Part shown: positions 46,671 to 55,566 of the stretch, piece after piece | Position numbering within the stretch: position 1 is the stretch's first letter | Layout: each line of letters opens with the position of its first letter | IMG/VR virus record: IMGVR_UViG_2522572155_000001 | Location: 88,576 to 152,575 of that record | Origin: a virus | Lineage: Duplodnaviria; Caudoviricetes | Length of the DNA: 64,000 nt | Direction: 5' to 3' (one strand) | The notes under the pieces: generated by a model | What the model was told of the DNA's origin: nothing | Database searches by the model: none | The model's input: only the letters and a program-made list of their open reading frames with translations | Made by a program: the position numbers and the translations under genes

Positions 46671-46710
46671 GAACGACAAAGGCCCGGCAAGAGCCGGGCC
46701 TTTCGTCGTA
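46671..46710. terminator. Bidirectional terminator between the methyltransferase and capsid genes
   Basis: AAAGGCCCGGC-AAGA-GCCGGGCCTTT. Confidence 0.85.
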
Positions 46711-46729
46711 GTGGCGATGTACCCGGGGC

Positions 46730-47830
46730 TTAGCGGAGGCCGCTGATGTCCAGGCGGTTGCGGCCGGTGGCTGCGACGGTCTGCGTCGGGGCAGCCGTGG
46801 AGTTGGCCTTCACGATGCGGGAGAGACCGCGTGCGTTGAGGATCATCTGGCCGATCATCTCGTCCATGACCCAGCCCTTGTAGAACTGCTCTACCTGGTG
46901 GTTCTCCTCCACGTCGAGGGAGTACATGATCGGCATGACACCGACGAACTCCGGCTCGGCCGTGAGGAATAGCTCACCCTGCGGGATGATGATGGACTTC
47001 TGAATCTGGAACTCACCGAACTTGGTGATCTTCCCGCCCGCGAACACTTCATCCTTGAACTTGAAGCCCGTGACGTTGATGTCCCAGGTGTAGAGGTCAC
47101 GGATGTCAGCCGGGTGGGCGAGGACACGCTTCGCCTCTAGCTGGTTGATCTCGATCTGGGTTACGGAGTTGTAGAAGTCAGCGGGCTCCAGCGGGTTGGA
47201 GGCACCGATGATTACCGTCTGCTCGTTCGGGTTACCTGCCGGGCCAGCAGCGTTGTCGATCGCGAGACCGCCGGTCTGTACTGCACCGATGGTGGTGGAC
47301 TGACCAACGGTGGTGCCGCGAGCGGTGCCGAGGTCGGAGATCGCCTTCTCCAGGAGGAGGATCAGGCGTGCGTCCTCCTGCTTCTGGATGGCCTGGCGGG
47401 ACTCGTCCTGTGCGTACTCCACTGCGTTGACACGCAGGTAGTAGAGGTCTTCCTTGCGGACGCGCGGGAAGGTGGCGATGCGGAATAGCTGCGGGTATAC
47501 CTGCTTACCCTCGAACGGAGTGACCCGGATCTCGGAGTCAGTCTGGTTCAGGAAGTAGGCGACACCGAGGTCATCCAGCACGTCATACGGCATGAGGGGG
47601 CCGCGCTCCAACGTATCCTCAACGAGGACGTTACGGACAATACCCTCGTAGCGGAGACGAATCTGAATCGGTCCGATCATGCCCTGGCCGATTCGCTGCA
47701 TCGCGTTCGCACCATCGGAGAGGATGGTGGCGAGGCGCTGCTGCTTCTCAGCCTTCGTCAGCTTGGGAAGCGACGACAGCTTCTCCACGTAGTCCGTGGA
47801 AGAAGTGCAGTTCTTTGCACGAAGTTCCAT
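46730..47830 (-). CDS. Major capsid protein
   Basis: IGPIQIRLRYEGIVRNVLVED...RIATFPRVRKEDLY...AIQKQED, resembling Bxz1-type HK97-fold capsids; follows protease and decoration genes; strong terminator. Confidence 0.85.
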   Translation of the reverse strand: MELRAKNCTSSTDYVEKLSSLPKLTKAEKQQRLATILSDGANAMQRIGQGMIGPIQIRLRYEGIVRNVLVEDTLERGPLMPYDVLDDLGVAYFLNQTDSEIRVTPFEGKQVYPQLFRIATFPRVRKEDLYYLRVNAVEYAQDESRQAIQKQEDARLILLLEKAISDLGTARGTTVGQSTTIGAVQTGGLAIDNAAGPAGNPNEQTVIIGASNPLEPADFYNSVTQIEINQLEAKRVLAHPADIRDLYTWDINVTGFKFKDEVFAGGKITKFGEFQIQKSIIIPQGELFLTAEPEFVGVMPIMYSLDVEENHQVEQFYKGWVMDEMIGQMILNARGLSRIVKANSTAAPTQTVAATGRNRLDISGLR

Positions 47831-47871
47831 TTGGTTAGTTACCGTTTCTAGTTGCTTAGGTGGTCGAGAGA

Positions 47872-48465
47872 TCAGACGCGGAGGTCCACGACGATGCGGG
47901 AGGTACCTACGGCCTCGACCAGGTGCGCGACGATGGTCACGTTGGTCGTGGAGACCGGAGCCGTGGAGGTGAGACGTCCGTCAGCGCCCGCGTAGAGCGC
48001 GAGCGGAGCGCCAGCGTTGACGTTGGACGCAGCCGCCGTTGCGATGGCCGGGTCGAACGCCGGAGCGAGTAGCTCGAACACGGAGTCCGGGCCACGCCAC
48101 ACGCCGATCATGTTCTCGTCACCAAGCTCGTCAATCTCGCCGCCGACCATGTTGGCCAGAAGGCCGAAGGGACGCTCACCCGAGAGGGCGTCGTTACCTA
48201 CGGCAACCTTGAAGCGGTCACCCTGGCCCGGTGCCTTGACCATGACGAGGCCAGCCGGAAGAGTGTTCTTGTTCGGGATGGTGAACGCAGCAGAGGTACG
48301 TGCCGGGTTGGCAGAACCTGATGCCACCGGGAGGACGAGGGAACCATCCGCAGCGCGGAAGGTGTCGTCTAGGTTACCCGCGAAGGGGTAAGCCTGTGTC
48401 TGACCGTAGAGCGCGCGAAGCGTGCGCTTCTGGTACTTGTTGCTCAGCTTGAGGGCGCGAATCAT
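47872..48465 (-). CDS. Capsid-associated (decoration/cement) protein
   Basis: Directly upstream of the major capsid gene; LYAGADGRLT motif. Confidence 0.65.
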   Translation of the reverse strand: MIRALKLSNKYQKRTLRALYGQTQAYPFAGNLDDTFRAADGSLVLPVASGSANPARTSAAFTIPNKNTLPAGLVMVKAPGQGDRFKVAVGNDALSGERPFGLLANMVGGEIDELGDENMIGVWRGPDSVFELLAPAFDPAIATAAASNVNAGAPLALYAGADGRLTSTAPVSTTNVTIVAHLVEAVGTSRIVVDLRV

Positions 48466-48567
48466 CTGAAGTGATTTCCTGTTTCGTGAGTTACGGATGC
48501 GCCGTATTGGCGCTCTACCGTCACCCCTTGAGAGAAGGGGTAATGGCGAAAGTAAGGTGACTCCGAC

Positions 48568-51006
48568 TTAGAAGCCGAAGAGAGTTCCCTTCAAGGGGTC
48601 GGAGTCATCTGTGTGTGTGCTTGCCACACGCGGCTCAGAGGGGCGGCCGAGGACCGGCAGCTTCTTTGCCTGCTTGACTACGGACGGGGCTGCCTTCGCA
48701 AGGCCCGCAGTCCGTACGCGCTCCGCGTATGCAAGCTCTGCCGCTACGCGCTCGTCGCTGAACTCACCTAGCTCCGTGAGGCGGGCGAACTTCTGCGCCT
48801 TAGCGAGAAGGCCCGACTCGATCTCCAGGTCAACGAGCTTGAGCGCGTTGACCACCTTGGAGGTGAACGGGGTGGCTACTACGTTGGTGACGGGGTCCTG
48901 CTGCTTGGTGACACCGTTACCGTCCGTGCCGGTCCACTGCGTGGTCGGGCCGGAGTTGTTGGACGGAGAGGTCGTCGGCTCCAGGACGTTGACGCGGTCA
49001 CCGAACTGCTCGGCTACCGGCTTGACGCCCTGTACTGCCTTGCCGCCGGACAGACCGTTGTCATCGGCCGGGAACGCGCCGGAGTCGTGTGACTTCTTCA
49101 CACCCTCATCAGAGGAGGGGAAAACGTCGCCGCCGACCGGGCTCTCCTGCTTGGTCACACCATTACCATCGGTGCCGCTCCACGTGTCGGTGGGCGTACC
49201 CTGGATGTTCTTGGAGTGTTCGTCGCCGTGGTCGACGTGATCGGTCTTGTCGGCCGACACATCCTCCACGCCGGTTCCACCCTTGGCGTCTACCGCTACC
49301 TGCGCGTCGGCCTTGGATGCTTCCTCGTTGGTTGCCTCCATCACACCGCCGACACCCGTGGTGTCAGTGCGCACGTCGGGCGCGGAGACGGTAGTGGCGC
49401 TGTCTGCTACCTTGTCCATGTTCTGTTCCTTGTCGCGCCCGACCGAGGCGAGCATGTCGCCAGCGGTGCGGACCTTTGATGTGACAGGCGCGTGCTCGTC
49501 CTTGATGACGTTCTCCCTCGGCTCGTTAGTCGAGGGCGCGCTGCCAGGGGTGACCGGACGCTCAATCGAGTTGATGCGTCCTGCAATTCGGGGTGTGCTT
49601 ACGACCGTCCACTGCATGTCACCCTTTACAGAGGACAGCGGCATGGGCTTTTCAGGCTGCGGCACGTTTCGGAGCAACGCCGGGTCGAGCGCGGGGTCAT
49701 CGACTCGGCGCTCCGGACTGCCGTCCGGCCCTGCGTCGATCGGCGCCTGGTCCATCTCCCGCGCCTTCTGAAGATCGGGGTTGTTGAAGTGCTCCGGCGG
49801 CTCGACGTGACCGCACAGGGTGCAGACGCCGTCCTCCATGTCGGATCCGCACACGTCGCATGTCTTGACCTGGCGCAGCGTGTTGATCTGCTCCGGCGCC
49901 CGGAGGAGGTCATCCTGCGGGGGCGGGTTGTCTGCGGTGCGGGTTGAGCCCTGATAGCGCCGGTCCGGAGCCACCCCGTTCGGGAATCCGGCGTTCATCA
50001 CCTCGTGGGCGTGGTCCTGTCCCATGTTGAAGGGGACCAGCGAGGGCTGAGTGAATGTGCCGTCGTCTCCGGCGGGGATGCCACGCGTGATCGGTAGCTG
50101 GCCGACGTGACCGATTCCTCCGCAGGTGTCGCACGCGGTGGGTCCTGCACCGCGTGTGGAGCAGTCCGGGCACGGCAGCGGAACGCTGTTTGCCTCGTGG
50201 TGCACGCTCGCGCGTACCTCGCGTAGCAGTGCCGTCTCGTCAGCCGGGTCAAACACCGCGCTGATCTCGAAGAACTTGATGCCGAAACAGTCTTCATAAG
50301 ACTTGGCCGTCTTACGGTTACCGTGCTCGTCCTTGTAGTTGTGGAGAGCACCCTTCATGCGAATGTGCGCGCAGAAGTCCTGGGGTGACGTGGCGCTGTT
50401 CTTGCAGATGTTGCAGACCGAGCGCTCTACGTCACAGCCCATCGAGAAGCCGTCGATGCCCTTCGCGGGGTCGTTCGAGCCTTCGATGATCGCCTGCGCG
50501 AGCTTGGGGAAGGACTTGGCATCAACCTCTAGGAGAAGCTCGATCCACGTCGGCGGCATGTGGTTATCCGGCGCCGATGCGTAGTAGGGGTCATGCTCTG
50601 CCGCCGTGCGGTGATCCTCGACATGGAGCTTGGCGTCTACGATGACGCCACGTGCACGTGACGGATCAGAGTTGTGATGGTCTACGAAGATCGGCTTGCC
50701 GAGGAAGGTGGAGAACCCGTACTCGGCGCCCTTGCTGGCCTCCACTGTGAAGCCCCGGCCCTCGGAAGACTGGTGCTTGCGGAACACGTCCTCGCCACCG
50801 GCAAGCTCGACCGAGGGCCAGCCGTCGTGGTTCTTATTGACGCGCGAGGAGATGGCGCGGATGCGGGCGTAGAGGTACCCGTCTTCGGTGCGGAAGTCCT
50901 CGAAGTCTGCGAGCTTGGAGAGAGAGGCCGTCTTCACGCGCTCCTTGGACCCCTTCAGGTCTAGTACCTGGGAGCACTCGAATGATGCGAACTTAGTGAA
51001 GGCCAT
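48568..51006 (-). CDS. Prohead (capsid maturation) serine protease fused to Zn ribbons and scaffold
   Basis: FVDH...FSMGC...FFEISAVFDPAD match the HK97-type protease His/Ser/Glu motifs; long disordered C-terminal half. Confidence 0.8.
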   Translation of the reverse strand: MAFTKFASFECSQVLDLKGSKERVKTASLSKLADFEDFRTEDGYLYARIRAISSRVNKNHDGWPSVELAGGEDVFRKHQSSEGRGFTVEASKGAEYGFSTFLGKPIFVDHHNSDPSRARGVIVDAKLHVEDHRTAAEHDPYYASAPDNHMPPTWIELLLEVDAKSFPKLAQAIIEGSNDPAKGIDGFSMGCDVERSVCNICKNSATSPQDFCAHIRMKGALHNYKDEHGNRKTAKSYEDCFGIKFFEISAVFDPADETALLREVRASVHHEANSVPLPCPDCSTRGAGPTACDTCGGIGHVGQLPITRGIPAGDDGTFTQPSLVPFNMGQDHAHEVMNAGFPNGVAPDRRYQGSTRTADNPPPQDDLLRAPEQINTLRQVKTCDVCGSDMEDGVCTLCGHVEPPEHFNNPDLQKAREMDQAPIDAGPDGSPERRVDDPALDPALLRNVPQPEKPMPLSSVKGDMQWTVVSTPRIAGRINSIERPVTPGSAPSTNEPRENVIKDEHAPVTSKVRTAGDMLASVGRDKEQNMDKVADSATTVSAPDVRTDTTGVGGVMEATNEEASKADAQVAVDAKGGTGVEDVSADKTDHVDHGDEHSKNIQGTPTDTWSGTDGNGVTKQESPVGGDVFPSSDEGVKKSHDSGAFPADDNGLSGGKAVQGVKPVAEQFGDRVNVLEPTTSPSNNSGPTTQWTGTDGNGVTKQQDPVTNVVATPFTSKVVNALKLVDLEIESGLLAKAQKFARLTELGEFSDERVAAELAYAERVRTAGLAKAAPSVVKQAKKLPVLGRPSEPRVASTHTDDSDPLKGTLFGF

Positions 51007-51014
51007 GTCGAAAG

Positions 51015-51206
51015 TTACTCGTCCGACCCGGGGTTACTAATAGCCTCGCGGATGGTCTTCTCGCTGTCGTAGGTGAGATACTTCAGCGTGGACTTCATAC
51101 CGCGCTCCTGCACTTCGGGGAGACCCCACGACTCAATGAGCCCGCAGAGCCTCCCTCGAAGCCGGTTCAACTCGACCTCGACAACCTTCTCGGCTGTCTG
51201 GGGCAT
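51015..51206 (-). CDS. Hypothetical protein
   Basis: TAATG coupling to the upstream gene. Confidence 0.55.
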   Translation of the reverse strand: MPQTAEKVVEVELNRLRGRLCGLIESWGLPEVQERGMKSTLKYLTYDSEKTIREAISNPGSDE

Positions 51207-51952
51207 TAGTGGAGAGAGAGGAGTGCCTTGTAGGTGCTGCTCTGGTTGTCAAACCGAAGCTGCTTGACCGTGTAACCATGCGACGCGAACTGGCGGTTCA
51301 GGTCTGCCTCGGCCTGGGAGGGAGACATGTACTGCGGGTTCAGGCGAGCGGACTCGACCGTGATCGTGGCGGTCTTCTGCACGCTGCTGAATGCCGGAGC
51401 CCCAATCGGCGTCTGTGTGGGTAGAACCTCCCCAGGCTTGAGCTTGGTCGGCTTCTTCAGCGGCGGTGCGTCTGCGCCTGCGCCCATGTCGGGACCCGGA
51501 GGGGGAGCGGGGGCAGGCTCATCGCCGGGCGCGAGCATGTCCATACCGCCGCCAACGCCGAGCGCCTGAGCGATCTCGTGCAGCAGGTGAAGAATCTGGT
51601 GCTCGGCCGCGTCGCCCTTACCCTTGTCGTCGCCGCCCTTGTCGTCGCCCGGTAGCGACGGGGGACCATCGGTCGGGTCGCCTTCGGGTGCATCGTCGGA
51701 AGGAGCGTCACCTTCGGGTCCGCTCGGGGGACCGCCGGGACCATCGCCTGCGTCCTCCGGAGCGTCGGGAGCTTCCTCCTTCGGCGGCGGGAACTCAGCA
51801 ACGCGCCGCTGGATCTGTGCGACCCAGGCGTCACCCTTGCGCTTGATCGACGCTACGCGAACGTCACCATATGCGTCGTACAGTCCAGCGAGAGCCTCTT
51901 CCTGAGAGATGCCCGGCTTCCTGCACACGACTGTCTTAGATGTGTACTCCAT
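51206..51952 (-). CDS. Head-associated hypothetical protein (Pro/Asp/Gly-rich)
   Basis: Synteny; RVA/KTA motifs; GTAA element upstream. Confidence 0.7.
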   Translation of the reverse strand: MEYTSKTVVCRKPGISQEEALAGLYDAYGDVRVASIKRKGDAWVAQIQRRVAEFPPPKEEAPDAPEDAGDGPGGPPSGPEGDAPSDDAPEGDPTDGPPSLPGDDKGGDDKGKGDAAEHQILHLLHEIAQALGVGGGMDMLAPGDEPAPAPPPGPDMGAGADAPPLKKPTKLKPGEVLPTQTPIGAPAFSSVQKTATITVESARLNPQYMSPSQAEADLNRQFASHGYTVKQLRFDNQSSTYKALLSLH

Positions 51953-51992
51953 GTCGTTTCTTACCTCGTAGGGGTGTCAGGTGAATAGAGCC

Positions 51993-54797
51993 TCACCACA
52001 GGAAGCTGTCGGCATCGACAACCGTCTTGAGGGGAGCGCGAGACTCATAGTGGGTGTTGGACAGGTCCAGCTTGTCCGCATTACGGGCGGCGCCTTCCTC
52101 GTCAATTAGCTCTCGCTGGGCTGACGGCGGGAAGTGAGCCCCGGCGGTACGAAGGTCTGCCTCGGGCACCTCTTCACCCGGCGCCGGGTCTACGGCAGCG
52201 CGTGTGAGGAGGTGCTGCACGGCCGCCTGACGCTCGCGTGACAACGGCTGACCGGTCTCGGCGTCAACGGTCGGGATGGAGGAGAAGTGCTCCGGCTGGT
52301 CTGGGCCTACCTCGGGCGTGCCATGTAGGTCGTCGGTAGGGATTACCTTGTAGTCGCCCTCGCGCATCTGCATGACTGTCATCGGGTTGATGACGAGTTC
52401 GTGCACCATCTGACCGCGCTTCTGGTACTTGTTGATGGCCATGACCGGCCCTCGGTACACGTCGTTCTGACCTGTGAAGGCGTTGCGGTACGGCACCTCG
52501 ACATAGATCGGCTTGGTCCCGGGCTTTTGGGTCTTGTCGTTGTACGACTCACCCGGACCGCCCCACTCGGACTCGTAACCGTCGCCTTCGGCAGCGTGGT
52601 GGCGAGCCATGAGGTTGAAGTTGTGACCCGGGTCCATGTTCGACATGCCGCCGTTCTGCACGCCGGTCGCAGGTTCATCCTCGGGTCGTCCTACAGGTCC
52701 CTGCGAGTCAAGCTCGGGCTGTGCGGCCGTGTCCGCGCGCGGGTCGGTGAGCGTGTAGCCCATCGTGTCCCACTCCTCGCGGGAGATGTTCTTCGTGAAG
52801 CCCATCTGGAACTCACCCGTGAAGGCAAGCTCGATCGAGTCCGGCAGGATCCGCTGGACGGTCACGATGTCGGGAATCTCGACGCCCGGCGTGTGTAGCT
52901 CGTACTGCTGGCCGTCCTGGACGGGCGTACCGTCCTCCGTCTGCCACTGGTGCGAGGAATCCTGCTCCTCAGAGACGTCGCGCTGGTGCTCCTGGTCGGC
53001 GGCGTCAACGCCCTCCTGGGCGCCGTCGTCTCCGTGGCCTGTGACCCGCCAGGAAGCCACGCTGGGGGGACGCGAGACGTTGGCCGGGGCGAACTGCTGC
53101 ATCGCCGGGTTCATGGGCGTAGCGGCGTTCTGGTTGCCCTGCGGCGCTCCGGCCGCCGGATAGCCCGGGGCCGGGACGGCTGCGCCCGCCGCCGGAGAGC
53201 GCTCGCAACCGGCGCACGAGCCGTCCTGCTGAAGCGGACCCATGCAGTTCTGGCACTGGCCGAAGCCGATGTTCGAGGTCGCGTAGCCCGCCATCACTCC
53301 TGCGGCGCCCTGGCCCTGCGGGATCGACATCCCCGGCACCGGCATCGTGTCGCCGGGAGGTGCGTCCTCCTGCGTCGGCTGCGGCTGCCGTGTGATGTCC
53401 TGCGGGGGCGTGTCGACCCGGTTGGCGACCTCGCCCATCTCGTCGGCGTACTGCTCGGGCGCGAGGAGGACGTTCGGGACCTCGTCTACGCGGCCCTGGT
53501 CAATCAGTAGCTGCTGGACGGCGGCGATCTGCTCGGGGTTATGCGGACCCTGTGTGCCTGCCATCACCTGGCCCTGACCGGCGTCGGCATACCCGCACTG
53601 CGCGCATGCCTTGCCGGGCTCGACGGTACCGCCGCACATCGCGCAATTGGTCGGGCTGAACGGGTTGGAGCCCTGCGGCTGCGGGACTTGCTGCGGGGCG
53701 CCAGGCGCCGGACCGCTGAGACCTCCCCACGGCAGCCACGACGACTTGCGGTGGTGCTGGATGAGTTCGGCCGCCGCACCGTGGTCGTGCGGGGCGTCCA
53801 TGTGACCTTCAGAGGTGAGGAGGTCGGCCAGCGCCTGAATGATCGGGTGCTCGCTACCGGCCTCCGGAGACTCGGCGTAGTGCACCACGAGCGGGAGCAT
53901 CATCTGAAGCGACTGGAGGCCCGGCGTCATCGCATCCGGGTTGACGGAGAGTTCGAGGTCGTGCGCGCCCGGTTCCTGGCCCGTGATCGAGCCGCCGCCG
54001 CCCTCGTCTACGGAGACATCCTTCTGGAAGTCCTTGTTGTCCCCGTCGTCCTTCTGCTTGGGGTCGGCATCATCGTCCTCGCCCTCGCCGGTCGGCGGGC
54101 GATCGTCGGATGTGTCCGTGCCCTTGTCGTCGTCTTCGTCTAGGGCGGCACGCTTGGTGCCGTCCATGATCTCCTCAGCTTCCTCGTTGGGGATGCCCGG
54201 GGGAGCGACCTCTTCCACCTCGAAGTCCCAGGGCATCTGCACGTCCTGGTTACTCGTGGCACTGAACTGCTGCTTGACCGACGCGAAGCTCTCGTCGCGC
54301 TTCATGCGCGGAGCGAAGCCGCCGTCCGTCTGCCCGATGACGCCTTCCTGGAGCGGGTTACCGCCCTGGTCGGACTCGTAGCCCGGACCCGCCATGTCGC
54401 GCAGGCCACCGTCGCCGTGCGTGGGGGAGGGCTGGTCGGGCTCCGGACGCACGTTGCCGCCGCACTCGGGGCAACCGCCCTCCACGAGCAGCGGCGTGTT
54501 CTGTCCGGGGTAATAGAAGCTGTGACCGCAGTCCTCGCAGCCGAGGTTCGACGTGCGTGAGGCAATGGCCTCAAACGGACGCTCCTCGGGCACGGCGCCG
54601 GACTCGGGACCGGCGTTGCCGCCACCTCCACCGCCCGTGAGGCCGTTGCCGAGCGCTGAGCCCATGAGGCTCGGCACGGCACGCCGGAGCAGCCCTGCGC
54701 CCAGTCCAGCGGCTGTTCCGGCTTCACCGGCTGCCGCTGCGCCACCGCCGATACCCACCGCCTCAGCGAGCGGCGCGAGCAGGCCGAGGGCGGCCAT
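51993..54797 (-). CDS. Large head-associated protein with three Zn ribbons
   Basis: Three CxxC...CxxC pairs; C-terminal QRELIDE...ARNADKLDLSNTHY. Confidence 0.75.
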   Translation of the reverse strand: MAALGLLAPLAEAVGIGGGAAAAGEAGTAAGLGAGLLRRAVPSLMGSALGNGLTGGGGGGNAGPESGAVPEERPFEAIASRTSNLGCEDCGHSFYYPGQNTPLLVEGGCPECGGNVRPEPDQPSPTHGDGGLRDMAGPGYESDQGGNPLQEGVIGQTDGGFAPRMKRDESFASVKQQFSATSNQDVQMPWDFEVEEVAPPGIPNEEAEEIMDGTKRAALDEDDDKGTDTSDDRPPTGEGEDDDADPKQKDDGDNKDFQKDVSVDEGGGGSITGQEPGAHDLELSVNPDAMTPGLQSLQMMLPLVVHYAESPEAGSEHPIIQALADLLTSEGHMDAPHDHGAAAELIQHHRKSSWLPWGGLSGPAPGAPQQVPQPQGSNPFSPTNCAMCGGTVEPGKACAQCGYADAGQGQVMAGTQGPHNPEQIAAVQQLLIDQGRVDEVPNVLLAPEQYADEMGEVANRVDTPPQDITRQPQPTQEDAPPGDTMPVPGMSIPQGQGAAGVMAGYATSNIGFGQCQNCMGPLQQDGSCAGCERSPAAGAAVPAPGYPAAGAPQGNQNAATPMNPAMQQFAPANVSRPPSVASWRVTGHGDDGAQEGVDAADQEHQRDVSEEQDSSHQWQTEDGTPVQDGQQYELHTPGVEIPDIVTVQRILPDSIELAFTGEFQMGFTKNISREEWDTMGYTLTDPRADTAAQPELDSQGPVGRPEDEPATGVQNGGMSNMDPGHNFNLMARHHAAEGDGYESEWGGPGESYNDKTQKPGTKPIYVEVPYRNAFTGQNDVYRGPVMAINKYQKRGQMVHELVINPMTVMQMREGDYKVIPTDDLHGTPEVGPDQPEHFSSIPTVDAETGQPLSRERQAAVQHLLTRAAVDPAPGEEVPEADLRTAGAHFPPSAQRELIDEEGAARNADKLDLSNTHYESRAPLKTVVDADSFLW

Positions 54798-55126
54798 CAG
54801 GAGTCACCCGCTGCGGTGGTCTTCGCGTCCACGCGGAACGTGCCCTGCGCGCTCGCGCCGTTGACGTAGCGCAGTCGCCACTTCGGGGCGACGAGCGCCT
54901 GCGAGAACGGTGTCGGGGTGCTCGCGACGACGGCTACGGTGGCAATGGCAGTCCAGGTCGAGACGAGGCCGGTGGCATCGTCGGGATAGCCCTGCTCGAT
55001 GTTCAGGGTGCCCGCCTGGTCGGCCAGCACCGCACCGACAACGGTGTCGTCGCGGTTGCTCATCATCGCCGGAGACGTGTATGTGGCATTGCTGCCGAGT
55101 GCGGTCCTTGTGCCTACGTAGCTCAT
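54797..55126 (-). CDS. Small beta-rich virion structural protein
   Basis: ADQAGTLNIEQ...RLRYVNGASAQGTF. Confidence 0.65.
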   Translation of the reverse strand: MSYVGTRTALGSNATYTSPAMMSNRDDTVVGAVLADQAGTLNIEQGYPDDATGLVSTWTAIATVAVVASTPTPFSQALVAPKWRLRYVNGASAQGTFRVDAKTTAAGDS

Positions 55127-55144
55127 CGTGGATTACCTCAGTGC

Positions 55145-55531
55145 TTAGTCGAGAGAGACAGTGAGGTTCGCGGACAGCACCTTGAAGATTTCTCCTGTGG
55201 CGATGGTCTTGGCAGCGGTGAGCGGGCCGTACCACAGCATGTTCGTGCCGCCGTTGTCCCAGATACCGATGCCGGTGATCGTGCCCCAGTCGGCCGTCGC
55301 GCTCGGGAAGGTGATGTCTGCCGAGTTCGATACGGTGCCGCTCGTCACGGCTCCCCAGGTGATGCTCTGGCGGACGTATGAGCCGCCGCTTACCTCGGTG
55401 CCGCCGCCTGCCTCACCCGGAGTAACGGTGTAGAGCGCGAGCTTGGTGGCGCCCGGCGTGTAGGCCGGGGTGAGATTCAGGAGCCACTTGAGTAGCTCGG
55501 TCTCGGTGAAGTTCGTAAGATTGTTGGCCAT
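55145..55531 (-). CDS. Small virion structural protein (paralog of 39289-39699)
   Basis: LALYT..PGEAGGGTEVSGGSYVRQSITW...ITFP.AT..WGTIT..GIWD...NML. Confidence 0.8.
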   Translation of the reverse strand: MANNLTNFTETELLKWLLNLTPAYTPGATKLALYTVTPGEAGGGTEVSGGSYVRQSITWGAVTSGTVSNSADITFPSATADWGTITGIGIWDNGGTNMLWYGPLTAAKTIATGEIFKVLSANLTVSLD

Positions 55532-55566
55532 AGTCTCTCCCCCCTTACACAGAGGGAAGGAGAGAC

